Shown in pieces: positions 49,757 through 63,397 of a stretch of DNA of 64,000 nucleotides (position 1 is its first letter; the number at the start of each line of letters is the position of its first letter). The stretch covers positions 186,001-250,000 of the forward strand of contig BQFW01000007.1 of NCBI GenBank assembly GCA_020891255.1. Reading direction: 5' to 3'. The position numbers were made by a program, and so were the translations under genes. Origin of the DNA: Entomortierella parvispora E1425 (Eukaryota > Fungi > Mortierellomycota). The notes beneath the pieces are model-generated. The model saw only the letters and a program-made list of their open reading frames with translations. It did not search any database and was not told where the DNA came from.

Positions 49757-52601
49757 TTATGATGATGCAGTATTTGAGATGTGCGCTACTTTGGGTTTAC
49801 GAGTTCGGGTTTGGTCATAATAAAACATCTCGATGGTCTTGGGAACACCCCAGCGAGCAAAGATCTCCCTGCATTCAGTTTTCCAGAGAAAGTCCTCCGG
49901 GGCCATGTTGCCACGGGCAGCGTCCAGGATGTTGATGGCTTCTTCGGCCGAGTCCACGACACCTGCAGAGACGCAGTACTCGACTGCCGCAACGATCAAC
50001 TTTTTGCGATTAAACATCCGGTACGTTTGTCTGTCCCACTTGAGTCTGGGTACCAGTTCCGCTCCGAGTGGCCTTACAAGAGCCTCAAGCGAAGGCTCGC
50101 CCTTCCAGCCCACCTTCCATTCATCCCAGACGTCTTTGAAAGAAGAAAGATATCGAACAGGGTAAGGCACTCCTGTAATGGACTTGAAGCGGTAGCCGCT
50201 TATACTATGGAAAGTGGCTGGAACCGATGGCCAGTTCAACGGCCCTTTCCCGTCATCCTTTCTCCTTTTGTCCTCCACGCTGTCCTTCCATATGTTACGC
50301 TGATACTTGTCTTTTTTCGCGTAACTTTCTGGATCAGAAGTGTCATGGTCGTCTTCATCTTCCTTGAAATTCCTCTGGTAGGCGTCGACCACGGAATCCT
50401 CTCGCGTTCGTTTCAAGTGTTTGATAGCACGGCCGTGGCCTTCCTCGCCACTGTCGTCCGCTTCCTCGTCATCCGAGTGAGCGCTGATCACGGATCCCTC
50501 TCGCGTCCGTTTTGAACCTTTGCGAATGCGGGTCGGGTGTTCGTCACCGCTGGCTTCCGCGTCCTCATTTTCAGAGTGGTCGATAGTTATGGTTTGTTCT
50601 TTTGTCCTCTGTGTGGTCTCTTGGGCATCAGCATGACTCTCGTCCTCGTCCTCATTGTCGGTATCGCTGTCGTCCGTGTCACTTTCCTCCTCTTCTTCGG
50701 CTTCCTCTTCCTCTTCCTCTACTTCCTCTTCTTGGACTTCAAGACCGGGTGGATGAGGGGTGAACAAAAGAGCCGCCTGCAAACCCTCCAAGGTTCTTGT
50801 CTCGCGCAGCTCCTCCAGCCACATGATCGCCTTCTTATTCGAGAGTCGATAATCAAGAACCAAACGCACGTAAGCCTGGACGATGGCGCGTCGACACTTG
50901 TACTTTTTCTTCTCAGAGATGACTCTCCAACGACGACCGTATTGATTGTCAAGGTCCTGAATCGCCTGTCCACCTCGAAGTCCGAACCGCCATTCCTGCA
51001 GTACATCTCCCACTGTCCAGACCTCGTTACAGAGTCGAGGAACGAGAGATTCAGGTGTGCCCCATCCTTTTTTGTCGCGTACTTCGTCGTCCTCCAGAAT
51101 CTTGAATTCCTCAGCCCTGAATTTGGTATAGGGGTAGTAAGGGCTGCTCTTTTCCGATTCTGGATCATTATCGTCTGCCTCTTCTTCAATGTTCCTTTCC
51201 TCCTTGATCTCCTCGACCTTGATCCCATTCTCCTTGTCCTCATTTTCGAGTCGTACAAAATCAGAAATCCTCTTTAGCCCGGGCAGACCCCGTTTTCGTC
51301 TTTTCGCATTTTCGGCCCTGAACCTTCGTTTCAATTTTTCCTTCTGCTTCTTCACCAATGCCCTCGCTCGCTTCCGTTTCTCCCGTTCAAACTTTTTTTG
51401 TTCATTGACGTTTCTGACTTGCAATTTCTTGCGCAGCACAATGAGGGAGTCGTATTTTTGAAGTCGCTCCATTTTCCGGATCGCGGCTTCTTCCGTGAAA
51501 CGCTTCTTGTGCACAAACTCCAAGAACTTGTTGACAATGGTCGAGTGCAATTTGTACAGGTCAGCGTCGGCCTTGTGCCTCCAAAAGTGGTCGTATCGGC
51601 GGTAAAGATCCTGTATCGCCGGCTTCCCGTTCATTCCGAATCGCCAGTTCAGCAAGACATCTCGGACACCTTTGGGAAATTCTTCCATTCGAATAATGGG
51701 GATGTCGTGTTTGTCTGGTCGATTCCGTAGAGCTGCCGTCTCGGAGCGAGTCCGTGGCGGATCAAATTCGCCATACTTGAAGCAGGAATAAGGGCTGGGG
51801 CCGCCTGGGAAGGCAGGCTTGGCAATGTTACACTGAGCGATGTTGTACAGGTAGAGCTTCAGCTTGACAATACCCTGACCATCCTGGACTCTCTCCATGA
51901 GGTTGATCGCCTGCGCGTTCGAGAGTCCATCCTCGAGTACCAACTTTGCAAATCTCTCGGCAATGTCACGCCGTGCAATGTATTCCATCTGCTGAGTGGG
52001 TGTATGGCTCAATCTCCATAACTGCTTGTATTTTCGATCGAGTTCCTGGAATGCGGGAGCGCCTTCAAATCCAAGGATGAACTCGTCCAGTACATCGGTG
52101 ACGGTTTCGACATTTTTGCTGGGGTAGTATTGTTTGACGACTGGAAGCTTGCCCACTTTGGCATGGAAGTAAGAGTGGTCGATATAAATCTCGTCGGCTT
52201 TGAATCGTGAAAAGTCCTCGTCGTCAAAGACGGGGAAGGCTGCGTCGCTGAGTTCGCTCTGGCTCATGCTGTTGATGTCGCTGAACTTGATGCTGTTGTC
52301 GTTGTCGTTGTCGGGTATATTATCCATATATTCATCTTCATTGTCGCTGTCCATGAGCTCTGAATCATAATCGTCTTCTTGCAAAGAGTCCTCCCCATGG
52401 CTATGATCAGAGTCAGAGTCGCTCTCGGAAGAATCCACCTGTGAAAAAAAAAAAAAAAAAAAAAAGGAAAAATTGTTGTATATGAATATGCACACGCGCG
52501 AGTTAATGGAATTGCTCTCTCGTGGTGAGGAAACAGAAAAATAGTGGCATGTGCAACTATGTTTGAATGTTTACCCAAGCTTTGGACTTTATGGACTTCA
52601 T
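49757..52601 (-). CDS. Protein with four GCR1_C-type DNA-binding domains separated by acidic and basic linkers
   Basis: Four repeats of TV.DV..EW..G..G.P.I..L...Y...W: TVTDVLDEFILGFEGAPAFQELDRKY; GVRDVLLNWRFGMNGKPAIQDLYRRY; TVGDVLQEWRFGLRGGQAIQDLDNQYGRRWR; SFKDVWDEWKVGWKGEPSLEAL. The start is tentative (short exon MKSIKSKAW from ATG 52601, then an intron). Confidence 0.8.
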
Positions 52602-53536
52602 GGTTCCGTAAAGTTGTTGAATGTGGGAATGTGGGAATGTGACTTGGTCAGGGGATGCAAAAATAAAAAGCCGTTGCAGAAAAACAGAGGTTCGCTTTTG
52701 AAAGAGAGAAGGGGGAAGAGAGAAGAGGAGGCTGAGAGAGAGAGAAGGAGCGAGAAAGAAAAAGAAAAAGAAAAAAGAAGGAATTACAGGAACAGCTAGA
52801 ATTACAACGAGGGCAAAGTGTGGAAGTGTGGTTGCATTACCCATGCAAGGGGTGGCATGTTGATGTTGTGCAGATCAAGCACACCCAAAAAAAACGACCC
52901 TTTTTTTTTCGTGGCGCACACACGTGACCCGCCACCAATCACACATCTGAGACAAAGCCACTTTTTTTTCCCTTCTTCTCGGTCCGAGACACGACCGTGC
53001 GGTCTCGCATTTTTTACGTCTTTCCTTTTTTTCGTGTTTTGGGCCATGTTATGTATGTTAGGTCATGACGCGATGTCTCTCTCACCTTCTCTCTCTCTCT
53101 CTCTCTACCTTTCTTGCCTTGTTCTTTCTTTGCTTCCCTCCTTCCCTCTTTCTCCCCCATACGCTCCCTTTTACTTGCTCTGTTCTTCTGTTCTTCCTCG
53201 CTGCCGCTGTGCTCCTCCTACCTCCTCCTCTCTCTCTCCTTCCCGTCGACTAATCTTCTTTCTTGACCTCGTCCTCCCTTCCCTTCCCTTCCCCACCCCA
53301 TCAGCACAGCTTGCCTTACTCTCTTTTCGCAAAGAAACCGCACTTTCTCTACTGACATACAACATACAGATACACACTCATCTACTTTGGCACGCGCAAA
53401 CGTTAGCTTTTCAATCCTCTTTTTGAAGCAACTCCTTCTTTTCACAGACACACACATCCGCATACGCATAACGCGCATTCTACGCCACGGTTTCTTTTCT
53501 TTGTGAATCAAACACACAAACACGAGAAAACAAACC

Positions 53537-56500
53537 ATGAACAACAACACTGACCGTGACACTGACAATGTACGCTCGTACTTCAAACGCAACCCCGATT
53601 CCATGGTCTCTCAGGCAGACAGAGAGCATGATCATCAGGAGCAGCGCTTTGAAAACAGTCAAAACAGCCACCGGCACGGAGATGCCTCGGCCGTACGCCT
53701 GGGAACCTCTTCCTTGAACCCCAACGCTTCAGAGTTCCATGTTGCTAGTGCAGAGTATGGAGGAAAACCTTCTCAATGTACGTATGACGGACAGCCGTCG
53801 ACGGATCAGGTTCAGATTCTGGTTGATGGAAACGAATCACAAACTGACTCTTTTTCTATCTGGTGCTTTATGGTGCATATTCAAAGCAGTGTCTGGAAAC
53901 ACTGGCCAGCACAGGGATGGAGGAGTCCATTCCTTGTCCGCTCAAGGCAACTCGGGATCCGGCACTAGGTAAGGATGAACCCATAAATTCAAGAGCATAG
54001 AACAGAATAGTTTTCTCACTGCTCCGCTCGTTGTTCTTTGTTCTCTCATCATATAGCAGCTACTATGGCTTGAGCCCGACTTTCTTCAAACGCGAAATCG
54101 CGACCGGTCACTCAGGCGCTACTCCAGGAGGGCATGGTACCACCTTGGGTGGACACAGCACTCACTCTGCTGAGAATCACGGTCACGGTAGCGAGCACCA
54201 CCACCACCATCACGCGTCTGGCTCTTCTGCCTCGCCTGCTCATGGTCAGCATGCCTCATCCCGTGCGTCTCACGGCAATGCCGCCCCCACTTCTGGTAAC
54301 GCCTTGCCTCATAATGAATTGACTCCTGCAGACTATTCAACGGCCTCAGGTGCCGTTGCCGCTGCAGGCACAGCTGCTAATCATGGCTCTGCCACCGCCC
54401 CTGTTACTCTTCCCCCATCCCACCATGACTCACACACAGGTTCAGCCCAGCACGACTCGCACGCAGGTTCGCACCACGAGTCTGCTCATCTCGGCATGTT
54501 GTACCACCCCCTACACCGCGCGACCTTGTACCACGGTACCGGGATCCCATCGAGTGAGGAACATGGACGCAGCAACCCTGCCCATGGCGCAGCTGTCGCT
54601 GCGGCTTTTGGCGGTGCCGGTATGCTCCAGCATGCATCTTCGAGTACTGCGGCTCCCTCCACTGCTCCTACCCATGGTCTCTCCAACTCCATCCCCCTGC
54701 ACCACGAGCCCGCGACTTCTCACCAGCAGCCTACCGCCCACCTCGGATCGTCAGCCCATCAGCCCCTTCAAGGGCCTGGTGCCATTGGAGCAGCATCGAC
54801 GACCCACCATGCGGAGCCTCACACCGCCGAGTATCATGCACCTCAGCAGCTGCATCATAGCGGCCACCACGAGATGCATATTGAGACGATCCACCAGCCT
54901 TACCATGGACAAGCTGCAGATGCTCATGATCCAGCTTCCTCTCAGCATCTGGAGCCTGCACACACGACCTTCTCTTCCAGCCAGCACTCTGGATCCACCG
55001 GATCGACTCCAGCTCACAATGCCACCCATCAACAAACCGCGAACCAGGGAAATCACTCCGCTTCCGCATTCGGACTAGGATCCGTGGCCGGATTGGCAGC
55101 TGGTGCTAGTGCGGTTGGTGCCGCTGCTGCTACTGCCTACCAGCACGCCAATCGCCAGCAAGGTTCTTCGCAGCAAGCGGCGCCTGTAAGCGTGCAGCCC
55201 CATCGCATGGGAGCAGCGGCCACTGGACCTTCGATCCACTCGTTCTCGCCCAGTCAAGATCGCCCAGTTCATGTGCCAGAGACGAGCACAAAGGCCTCTA
55301 CTGCCAAGCCGCCCAAGGGCCACTACTTGACCCACGGGAGCTCTTTCAGCAAGAAGAAGAAGAGCTCTGTGGCGCCTTCTGCTCCAGTGGTTTTGCCAGA
55401 TTTTATCCCGGCCAACCTGCGTCGTCCCCATGCACCTCCGCCTGTACTCGACCCTTCCGTGGCTGCCACGCCTTCCGCTCCAAAGGGTTTGCCAGATATT
55501 CTCCCAGCCAACCTGCGTCGTCCCCATGCACCTGCTCCTGTGCTCGGCTCCGCGGCTGCCGCGCCTTCCGCTCCAAAGGTTTTGCCAGATTTTATCCCAC
55601 CCAACCTACGTCGTCCCCATGTACCTGCACCTGTGCTCGCCCCCTCCGTGGCTGCCGCGCGAGTGGCGGGAGCCCACCATGGTGGATCCCAGGGCCCGGT
55701 GCCAACCACGCTCGCAGTAGTGGCTTCGGGACCAGTTCACGACGTGCCCATTCCCCACCATAGCGGATCCCATGGTCCAATGTCAAACAAACTCGCAGTA
55801 GTGGCTTCGGGACCAGTTCACGACGTGTCCAATCCCTACCATGGTGGATCCCATGGCCCAGTGTCAGACAAGCTCGCAGTGGTAGCTGTGGGACCAGCTC
55901 ACGACGTGTTCACTCCCAGACCTACGAATGGACAGACTGTTCAGGAGCTCCATGCTCATCCTCATCCTTCAAGCGGTCGGGCAGGAACTGACGCTGCGGC
56001 TCATACATCAGATGCACCTCTCCATATGTCTGGCACACATGCAGCTCCAGCTCACGCTACTTCTGCTCAGACCAGCCATGTCCCTGCTCAGACCGGCCAT
56101 GCTTCTCAGTCTAGCCATGGATTGGGAACTGCTGCTGCTGTAGGTGCCGTCGGAGCAGCTGTGGGTGCTGCTGCAGTTGATCGTCATTACGACCACCATC
56201 CACAGCAACCACACCTGTCGCACAAGGTCTCAGCCGACCACCAGACTCCTCATTTGTCGTCCCAGCCTGAACACCTTGGCCACATCAGTGCGCCTTCTGC
56301 CCCACCTGCCGTTGCTCCTACCGGTGGTAACTCCTCGACTCCAGTTGCCCCAGTGACCGCATCAGCAGTTCATCCTTCAAGACAAGCCCACCATTCTGAA
56401 AACAAGGCCGAAGTAAGCCACGTCGGTGCCCACGATATTGCTCCAGAATATGTGCCTGCTAGCAAATCTGGAGCCAAGACTGGTAGCAAAAAGAAGAAAA

Positions 56501-59500
56501 ATAAGAAGGCTGCTGCCGGAGCTACAGGTGCTGCTGGAATTGCTGCGGCATTGAGATCTTCGGAGCCAGAAGATAATGATCATGGTGGGGGGTTTTTTTT
56601 TTTTTTTTTTTCTTGAGTGAAATGAACGACTTTCTAGCGAACAGAATACTGATCCAAAATATCACGCTATAGCTTCCGCCACTACTGCTGCCCCTTCTTC
56701 AAACACAGCGACAGCGTCGCATTCGATTTCTGACCGTCATGTCGAGCCCGTCTCCGACAGAGCCGAGACCCCTGTTGTCTATGTCACAGACAAGGGCACA
56801 TCCACGCATGAAGGTGAGGTCAAGTCGACAAGCACCACACCCGCCACCGCCAAGGACGTCCGCGTGGCCTCGAGTTCGGTGCCTGCCCCAGCAAAGGTGG
56901 ATGCGACCACTCATACAACCTCTGCAGACCATGCGATCGGGCCTTTGGCTGCAGCTGCGGCCGCCATTGGGGCAGGAGCAGCGGCTGTGCGCTCTGCCAT
57001 TAAGCACAACAACAATGACAAAGTCGAAAAGGTCCACAAGGTGAATTCCGAGGCCACTGAGAAGGCAAAGGTCAATGAGGGGGCCATGGAACCTCATGCG
57101 ACCACTTCTGATGAGGCTGCCAAGATTTCCACTGCAGCTGCCCTCGCTACTGCAGCTACTCCCGAGGCCACCACGACCACCACGACCACCACTACAACCA
57201 AGACCACAATAGTTCCAGTGACCACAGAGACTGCCACCGTTCCCAAGGAGGAAGTCAAACTGACCAAGAAGCAGATGAAGAAGGCTGCGAAAGCGGAGCA
57301 GAAGAAGAAGGAGAAAGCCCTGGAGGAAGCCAAGGCTGCTGAAAAGAAGGCTCAAGAAGATGACACCGTCGCTGAGAAGGATGCTGAGAATCACTCTGTG
57401 GCTGCGACATCGTCGACCACCAAGGTCCCTGAGAAGACGACACACATCACCAAGGAGGCCGAGACCGTCGCTGCCGCCGTCCCTGCCGCGGCCGCTGTGG
57501 CTGCACACGCGATCCCAGGCGAGTCCCACACCGCGACTACAACCACAGTCCGTAAGGAGGAGGTCTTCAAGAAGGACGGAAAGGAAGCAGTACATGTTGA
57601 GACGACCACCATGGCGAAGGTTGATGATCAACCAGCGACCACAAGTGTCACGGCTGAGGATCATCCTCATGGTGCCGGTGCCAAGATTGCTGAGAAGATG
57701 GCTGCAGCGACGGCTGTTGTGGGTGCTGTCGCTCACAAGCTGAAAACGTCTGCGGACTCGACCAAGGACGAGAAGACTACTACCTCTACCTCGACCGTCA
57801 AGGATCCAGTCCTTGGCACCGAGACCAAGTCGACCATCACCACGACCACCACCACTTCCAAGACCCCCATTGTCACTGATGCCGGAACCTCTTCCTCGGC
57901 TCCTGCCAAGCCTGTGGAACAGGTGACGACGAATAAGGTGTTTGTTGGCACGGCCCCCGAAGAGGTCGCTTCGCACATTCCCCATCAGGCTGATGAAGAG
58001 GTCGTCATGCTCAAGACCACTACTACAAACGCCCTTGTTCCCCCTGAGGTCGAGTCTCCTGTGGTCTCTGCCGAGAAGGTGGAGGTGACTACAACCAAGG
58101 TCGAGAAGGTAGAGGTGAAGAAGGCAAGGAAGCCTCTCAACCTCTCTGGAAAGATCAGCAGTGCCGCGGCGGTGACTGCGGCCGCTGCTACTTCTGCGAC
58201 TGTAGCCTACAAGGACCGGCAGCCCGAACTGAAGAAGCGTAAGATGTTAGTCAAGGAAGAGGATGTTGAGAAGTTGCCCGAGATCAAGGCGCCGAAGAGG
58301 ACCTTTAAGGTGACTGAAGACGATATCGTGCCACCTACCGTGCCTGAGGTCTCGCACAGGCTGACTGTCACGGAGGATGATGTGGAGTATCCCACGGTTG
58401 ACTTTGAAAAGGTTGGCCATCCCGTCTTGACATTGACCGAGGCCGATGTGTCCCAGCCGGACCCCTCCAACGCCCCACACCCTGTGATCCCTGCCGTGTC
58501 GGTCAAGGCTTGGACCAGCGCTAAGAAGGTCGGAACTGCTCCGAGACCTATGATCCCAGCAGTGCCTGTTCAGGGCAAGGACATCAAGTTCCCCAAGGTC
58601 GCGATGCCAACCATACCAAAGGTCCCGATGCCAACCGTAGCGAGGGTGAAGATGCCAAAGATTTCCAAGCCAAAGATGCCAAAGATGTCCAAGCCAAAGA
58701 TGCCAAAGATGTCCAAGCCAAAGATGCCAAAGATCTCCAAGCCAAAGATGCCAAAGATCTCCATGCCCAAGATCTCAAAGGGCAAGAGCAAGGTTGCGCC
58801 TGATCATGTCAAGTCGGTTACGACAACAGCGAGAACCATTGTGGACGAACCTGTCGTCGCTGCAGCTGCTGCTCCCGTTGTGGTTGAGGCTGCTAGGACC
58901 CATGTTGTGGAAGAGGTCCATCCACCTCCTCCTCCTCAGCCTGTGGTCGTTGAGGCACCTAAGCCTGTGGTCGTTGAGGCACCCAAGACGGTGGTTGTGG
59001 AAGCACCCAAGACGGTGGTTGTGGAAGCACCCAAGACGGTGGTTGTGGAAGCACCCAAGTCAGTGGTGGTCGGAGCTGCGAAGCACGTCGAGGTGGCACC
59101 TCCTCCCCTCAAGTTTAAGCTGGTTGAACCTGCCAAGCCTGTCGAGGTCACTCCTCCCAAGCCAGTTGTCGCTGCTGCGGTGGCCGCACCTATTGTTGCG
59201 GCGGCGGTTCATCACACGCCCGCTCCCCCCAAGCCCGAGCCCGTGGTCACTCATGACATGTTCTCGACCAATGTGGAGAACGTTCCCTCAGGCTACTCAG
59301 GTCCTGTCCCCAAGGTCAGTGATGGCGACACTTTGCTTTGGGTCAAGAAGATCCAGACGACCCATGAGTTTTATGATTCCGAGGATGAAGATGAGCAATT
59401 GGATGAGCTTGGATACAGAAAGGACCGCGATGTCAGTCGTCATCTTTCTATTCGGAATCAGAATCAAGGAAATGGACCACGAAGTGGGAAGAACAAAGTC

Positions 59501-59552
59501 GACTACCACCTTGAGAACCACACCCAACCCAACCCACCACAACAGCAGTATC

Positions 59553-59588
<36 letters not shown>

Positions 59589-59671
59589 ACTATCAGCAGC
59601 AACAACAACCGTTTCAAATCTCACAGCCGCAGATGCAGCACTCAACCGGGAACATGGGATACAACACATAA
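53537..59671 (+). CDS. 1949-aa intrinsically disordered, repeat-rich protein with an N-terminal PAM2-like motif
   Basis: Exons 53537-53777, 53887-53968, 54057-56584 and 56673-59671 are phase-consistent (5850 nt). SSLNPNASEF motif; His/Ala-rich region; tandem repeats; polyQ tail. Confidence 0.8.
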
Positions 59672-60320
59672 CCACGGCAATCCGGTGTCTGAAAATAGGA
59701 ATGCAGATCGTCGAGGAATGGAGTACCCTGTCATATCATCAATTGTTAGCTTTCTTTTCTTTATGAGTGCCATAATTGTACATAGTGTGTCTTCCATATT
59801 TACGCGGAAATAGCAGAATAAATTTTGAATGAACAATCCGCACCCGATCGACAATGAAGGGAAAAAGATAACGACAAAGGAGGAAAGGACAAAAGGCTCA
59901 GGTGGCGACCATTCGCGATTCTCGCGTCGTTTACTTTGCCACAATCAAAAAGGCGCAATTTGCTCACAAGTGGAGAGCATCCATCGCGCACCGGGGTCGA
60001 CGTCCATCGTTTTCTTGCTGGGGGCAGTGCAGCATTTGTTCAGTCAAAGGATGAGGCTCAACAGACGCTAGTGCAATGCATGTCCATGCTCCCAGAGTTG
60101 TACAACGAAAGCGGCGTGGGTAGAGCCAGCAGCAGAGCCGAGACTAGTCCACATTGACTTTGTTTGTTGTTGGACGTTCCAATCTAATTTCAACAAACAG
60201 GGCAAAAAAACGTGCCAATGGTCCATCCTTGTTTTCTTGTCACGTCCCTCGGTTCCAACTTTTTTTTCATTTCTCTTTTTTTTTCGCTCCTGCATTCAGC
60301 CCCAAATAAAGAAAATACCC

Positions 60321-62573
60321 ATGAGGCATATATGCCCCCGTCGTCCTCCTGGCCTGCGCCAACAACCTGCGTTCCCTTCTCCCTTCAGCATCCCTGGTCT
60401 TCCCCTCCTCCTTGCCTGTCTCTCCCTCGTCTCCACACAAACAGCGGGACCAACTCCCAACGAGGAATCTCAGTATGCGACTTTGGGTGAAAAAACCTTT
60501 TTTATCCAGGGTGGACTCACGGGTGATTTGACCTCCATGTACTCGCTCGACTTGACGACCTCTTGGAGCGCTTCCTCTCCTCCCTGGAAATCCCTCCCAG
60601 CTGGGCCTCCCACAGGAGGTCAAACCATGGTAATCTCCTCCGACAAAAAGTCGTTGCTCCTCTGGGATTCCTCCCACGGACTCTCGACGTTCAACCTGGC
60701 CAGCAATCAATGGACCTCGACGCTGGTCAAAATTCCCGATGCCCGAGGCACAGGCCTGTCTCCCGTGGCGCTGGACCCGAACGAGAACACGATCTATTCC
60801 TTGGGTGGGTACTTTGACGTACAACTTGACCACGGCCACGGTCGGGGTGGTGACCATGCCGTTCTTCCTGGACACGAGCATCTTTGAGTACTCTGCGGTG
60901 TGGAGCTCAGTGCGAAACTCGGTCTTGTTCTTTGGAGGGATTGCTATTTCGCCCTCCACTGGGTCGAACCAGCTGATAGAGTACATCCCTTCAAAGGATC
61001 AGTGGAACAACATCGTAGGTCTTTTTTTTGTTGTTGTTGGAAAAAAAAAAAAAAAAAAAAAAAAAGAAGAGAGAAGAGAGAGAATGATGGTAGAGCTGGG
61101 ACATGGACGGGGATGGAAAGAAAGAAAAAGAGAACGAGAGAGATGAAAGAGTAGGCATGCTTCACAGGGACTCAAAAGATGATACTTTTACTTTTTCTCT
61201 TCTGATAGACGGTTTCCGGACAAGTACCGGGCAAAGCGCGCGGACATTGCATGGTACCAGGTACAACTTTTTTTTCCTCCCCTTTTTTTTGCGACCATCT
61301 TTTTTTTAACTCCTCTCCTTTGAATAGCTTACAATGGCAACAAGATGGTCCTCTTTGGTGGATTCGATCCCATGACGGCCGCCCTGCTGGCCATTGGGGC
61401 TATCTACATTTTGGATCTGGCCACGCTGACTTGGATTGAAGGAACAACCCCAAACAGGACTGAATACCGAGCTGAGATGTCATGCGGTGCAGCAGGAGAC
61501 AGCTTTTTTGCTTGGGGAGGTAAAGTTCCAGGGTCCTTGCGGTGTTTATTGGATCAAACGAATAGTCCTTGGGCTGACTTCTCTTCTGTCTTCGCTGAAC
61601 ACAACAACAATGATATCTACAAGGCGGCCAGTCCCCAGTTGCTGGCGGGGGAACCCCAATGATCGTTTACAATATGCATACAAATCAATGGGTCTCTCAG
61701 TTTGACCCCTCCATGGCCGATCCCTCCCTCGCTCTGCCTCCAAAGACAGGATCAGGACAGTCAGGACCGGGATCCACCTCAGACTCAAACTCGAACAGCC
61801 ATGGATCCAATGTTGGCGCAATTGCTGGAGGTGTTGTAGGCGCCCTCGTCGTTGTCGCGGCGATTGTCGTTTTTGTCTATTTGCGGCGCAAGAGAAAGGC
61901 TGTTGTTATCCGGAAAGAGGAACCCATGGACGATTCAACAGAGAAGGCTCATGAAGGCATCACACAGAAATTGGAGCTGGACCACCAAGAGAAACTCGAT
62001 CAAGGCCACACCCAGCTTGTGGATGAGGGTACACCTTGGACACCACCAGCCCTGTCACAGCCGCCACCCCTTGTAAACCGTCCAAACGTTTCTCCTTGGG
62101 GGACTACGACGCGTGTTCATGATCGGCAGGCAACAATTCCAACTGTTCACCCGCAAAACGTGCACTTTGGTCAAGACTTTCAAACATCATAGAGACAGCA
62201 CTCACAGCATGGTGCGTTCGTACCTGTTCATCAAAATATTAATAATCTAGGTCAAGGAGGCAACGGTATCAATGGCGTCGCGACGCATATCTCTCCATCA
62301 ATGGATACCAGGAATCCTCAATGGAGACAGGAAGGGGTTGAGCCAAGTCTCTCTCGGACTCATATACTGCACTATCCATCATCGACCCCTGAACACCACA
62401 CAGCCACAATAGCTCATTCAGGTGGACTGATACCTTCCACTCAAGAGCTCTCCAGCGAAACAAAGGCGACTCTGGCTCAAAAGGAGATGGCCTTGAGGCA
62501 AGCCCAGTATGAATTGGAGATGGAAAGACTGCGAGCTGAACAGGAGATCAGGACGAGGAATCAAAGAGGGTGA
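60321..62573 (+). pseudogene. Kelch/galactose-oxidase-like beta-propeller single-pass membrane protein with an apparent frameshift and a premature stop
   Basis: Hydrophobic leader; kelch-like blocks FFIQGG, IYSLGG, VLFFGG, MVLFGG, FFAWGG; TM IAGGVVGALVVVAAIVVFVYL-RRKRK. +1 frame change at about 60810; in-frame TAG at 62190-62192 followed by 126 further open codons. Confidence 0.6.
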
Positions 62574-63259
62574 AAAGGAGTCGACTGGCTTGTGCAGTGC
62601 GGCTAACCCACTCATCAATAAACTACTTTTGGTCGCCTTCAAAAACGAGTCTCCATGCTTTGACATCTGCGGATTGAAGCACAAAATCAAAAATTTATTT
62701 TCTGGCGAGGTGGGTGGCGATTTGGACAAAATTGCGCTGTGTGAGCTACATGCAACTATCAGATCGACGACATTTTTTTTTTTTTTCCCTCATCAATCTA
62801 CTTTAACCACCATGGCCATGGTATCGCTCACTAGAGCTGTGTTGGTGGCTCCTTGATCTTCATCCTATCCAATTCACCTGTGTCGATGTCGAGCTGGTCT
62901 TGACTGTCTCTGCTAGCACCCGACATGCTTTCTGTCCAGTACTTGAACCTCATCTCCAAGTGCAGTGCAATGAAGCCAGAGACCAATCTCTGTTTGTGAG
63001 CAAGTAAAGCCCCTATCCTCATCCACCAACTCTTTTTTTAGCATTGCGCCGTTGAATAAGAACATTTCGTTTGTTAAAAAAGACGGCGCGTTTCGGCCTT
63101 CCCAACAGTGATGCACGGGCCAGCCCACCCAACGCCGCCGCCCAAAATGTCCTTTGGTGTCCATGTGGAGAAATTATTTTTGGACGGCTTTCCGTCTTGC
63201 ATATTTTTTCATGTCCTCCTGACCTCTGAACAAAAAAAAAAGGTCCGGGGCAGGCAGGG

Positions 63260-63266
63260 TATAAAG
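63260..63266 (+). promoter_or_regulatory. Probable TATA box of the knottin-like peptide gene
   Basis: TATAAAG about 135 bp upstream of ATG 63398. Confidence 0.55.
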
Positions 63267-63397
63267 ATCATGATAAAACTCCCACTCTCCCTTCTTGACG
63301 TTATATCACCTCACTCAACCCTCCTCAATCCTCCTACACCAAAACACACTTCTTTTCTCAAGTTCCCACAGTCCTCTGCCTTGATTTTTTCCGCGCA

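Noticed and set aside
62190-62198. Programmed stop-codon readthrough in the kelch gene
   Set aside because: The 3' context (AGACAG) is not a known leaky context, and a second lesion upstream favours decay or sequence error.
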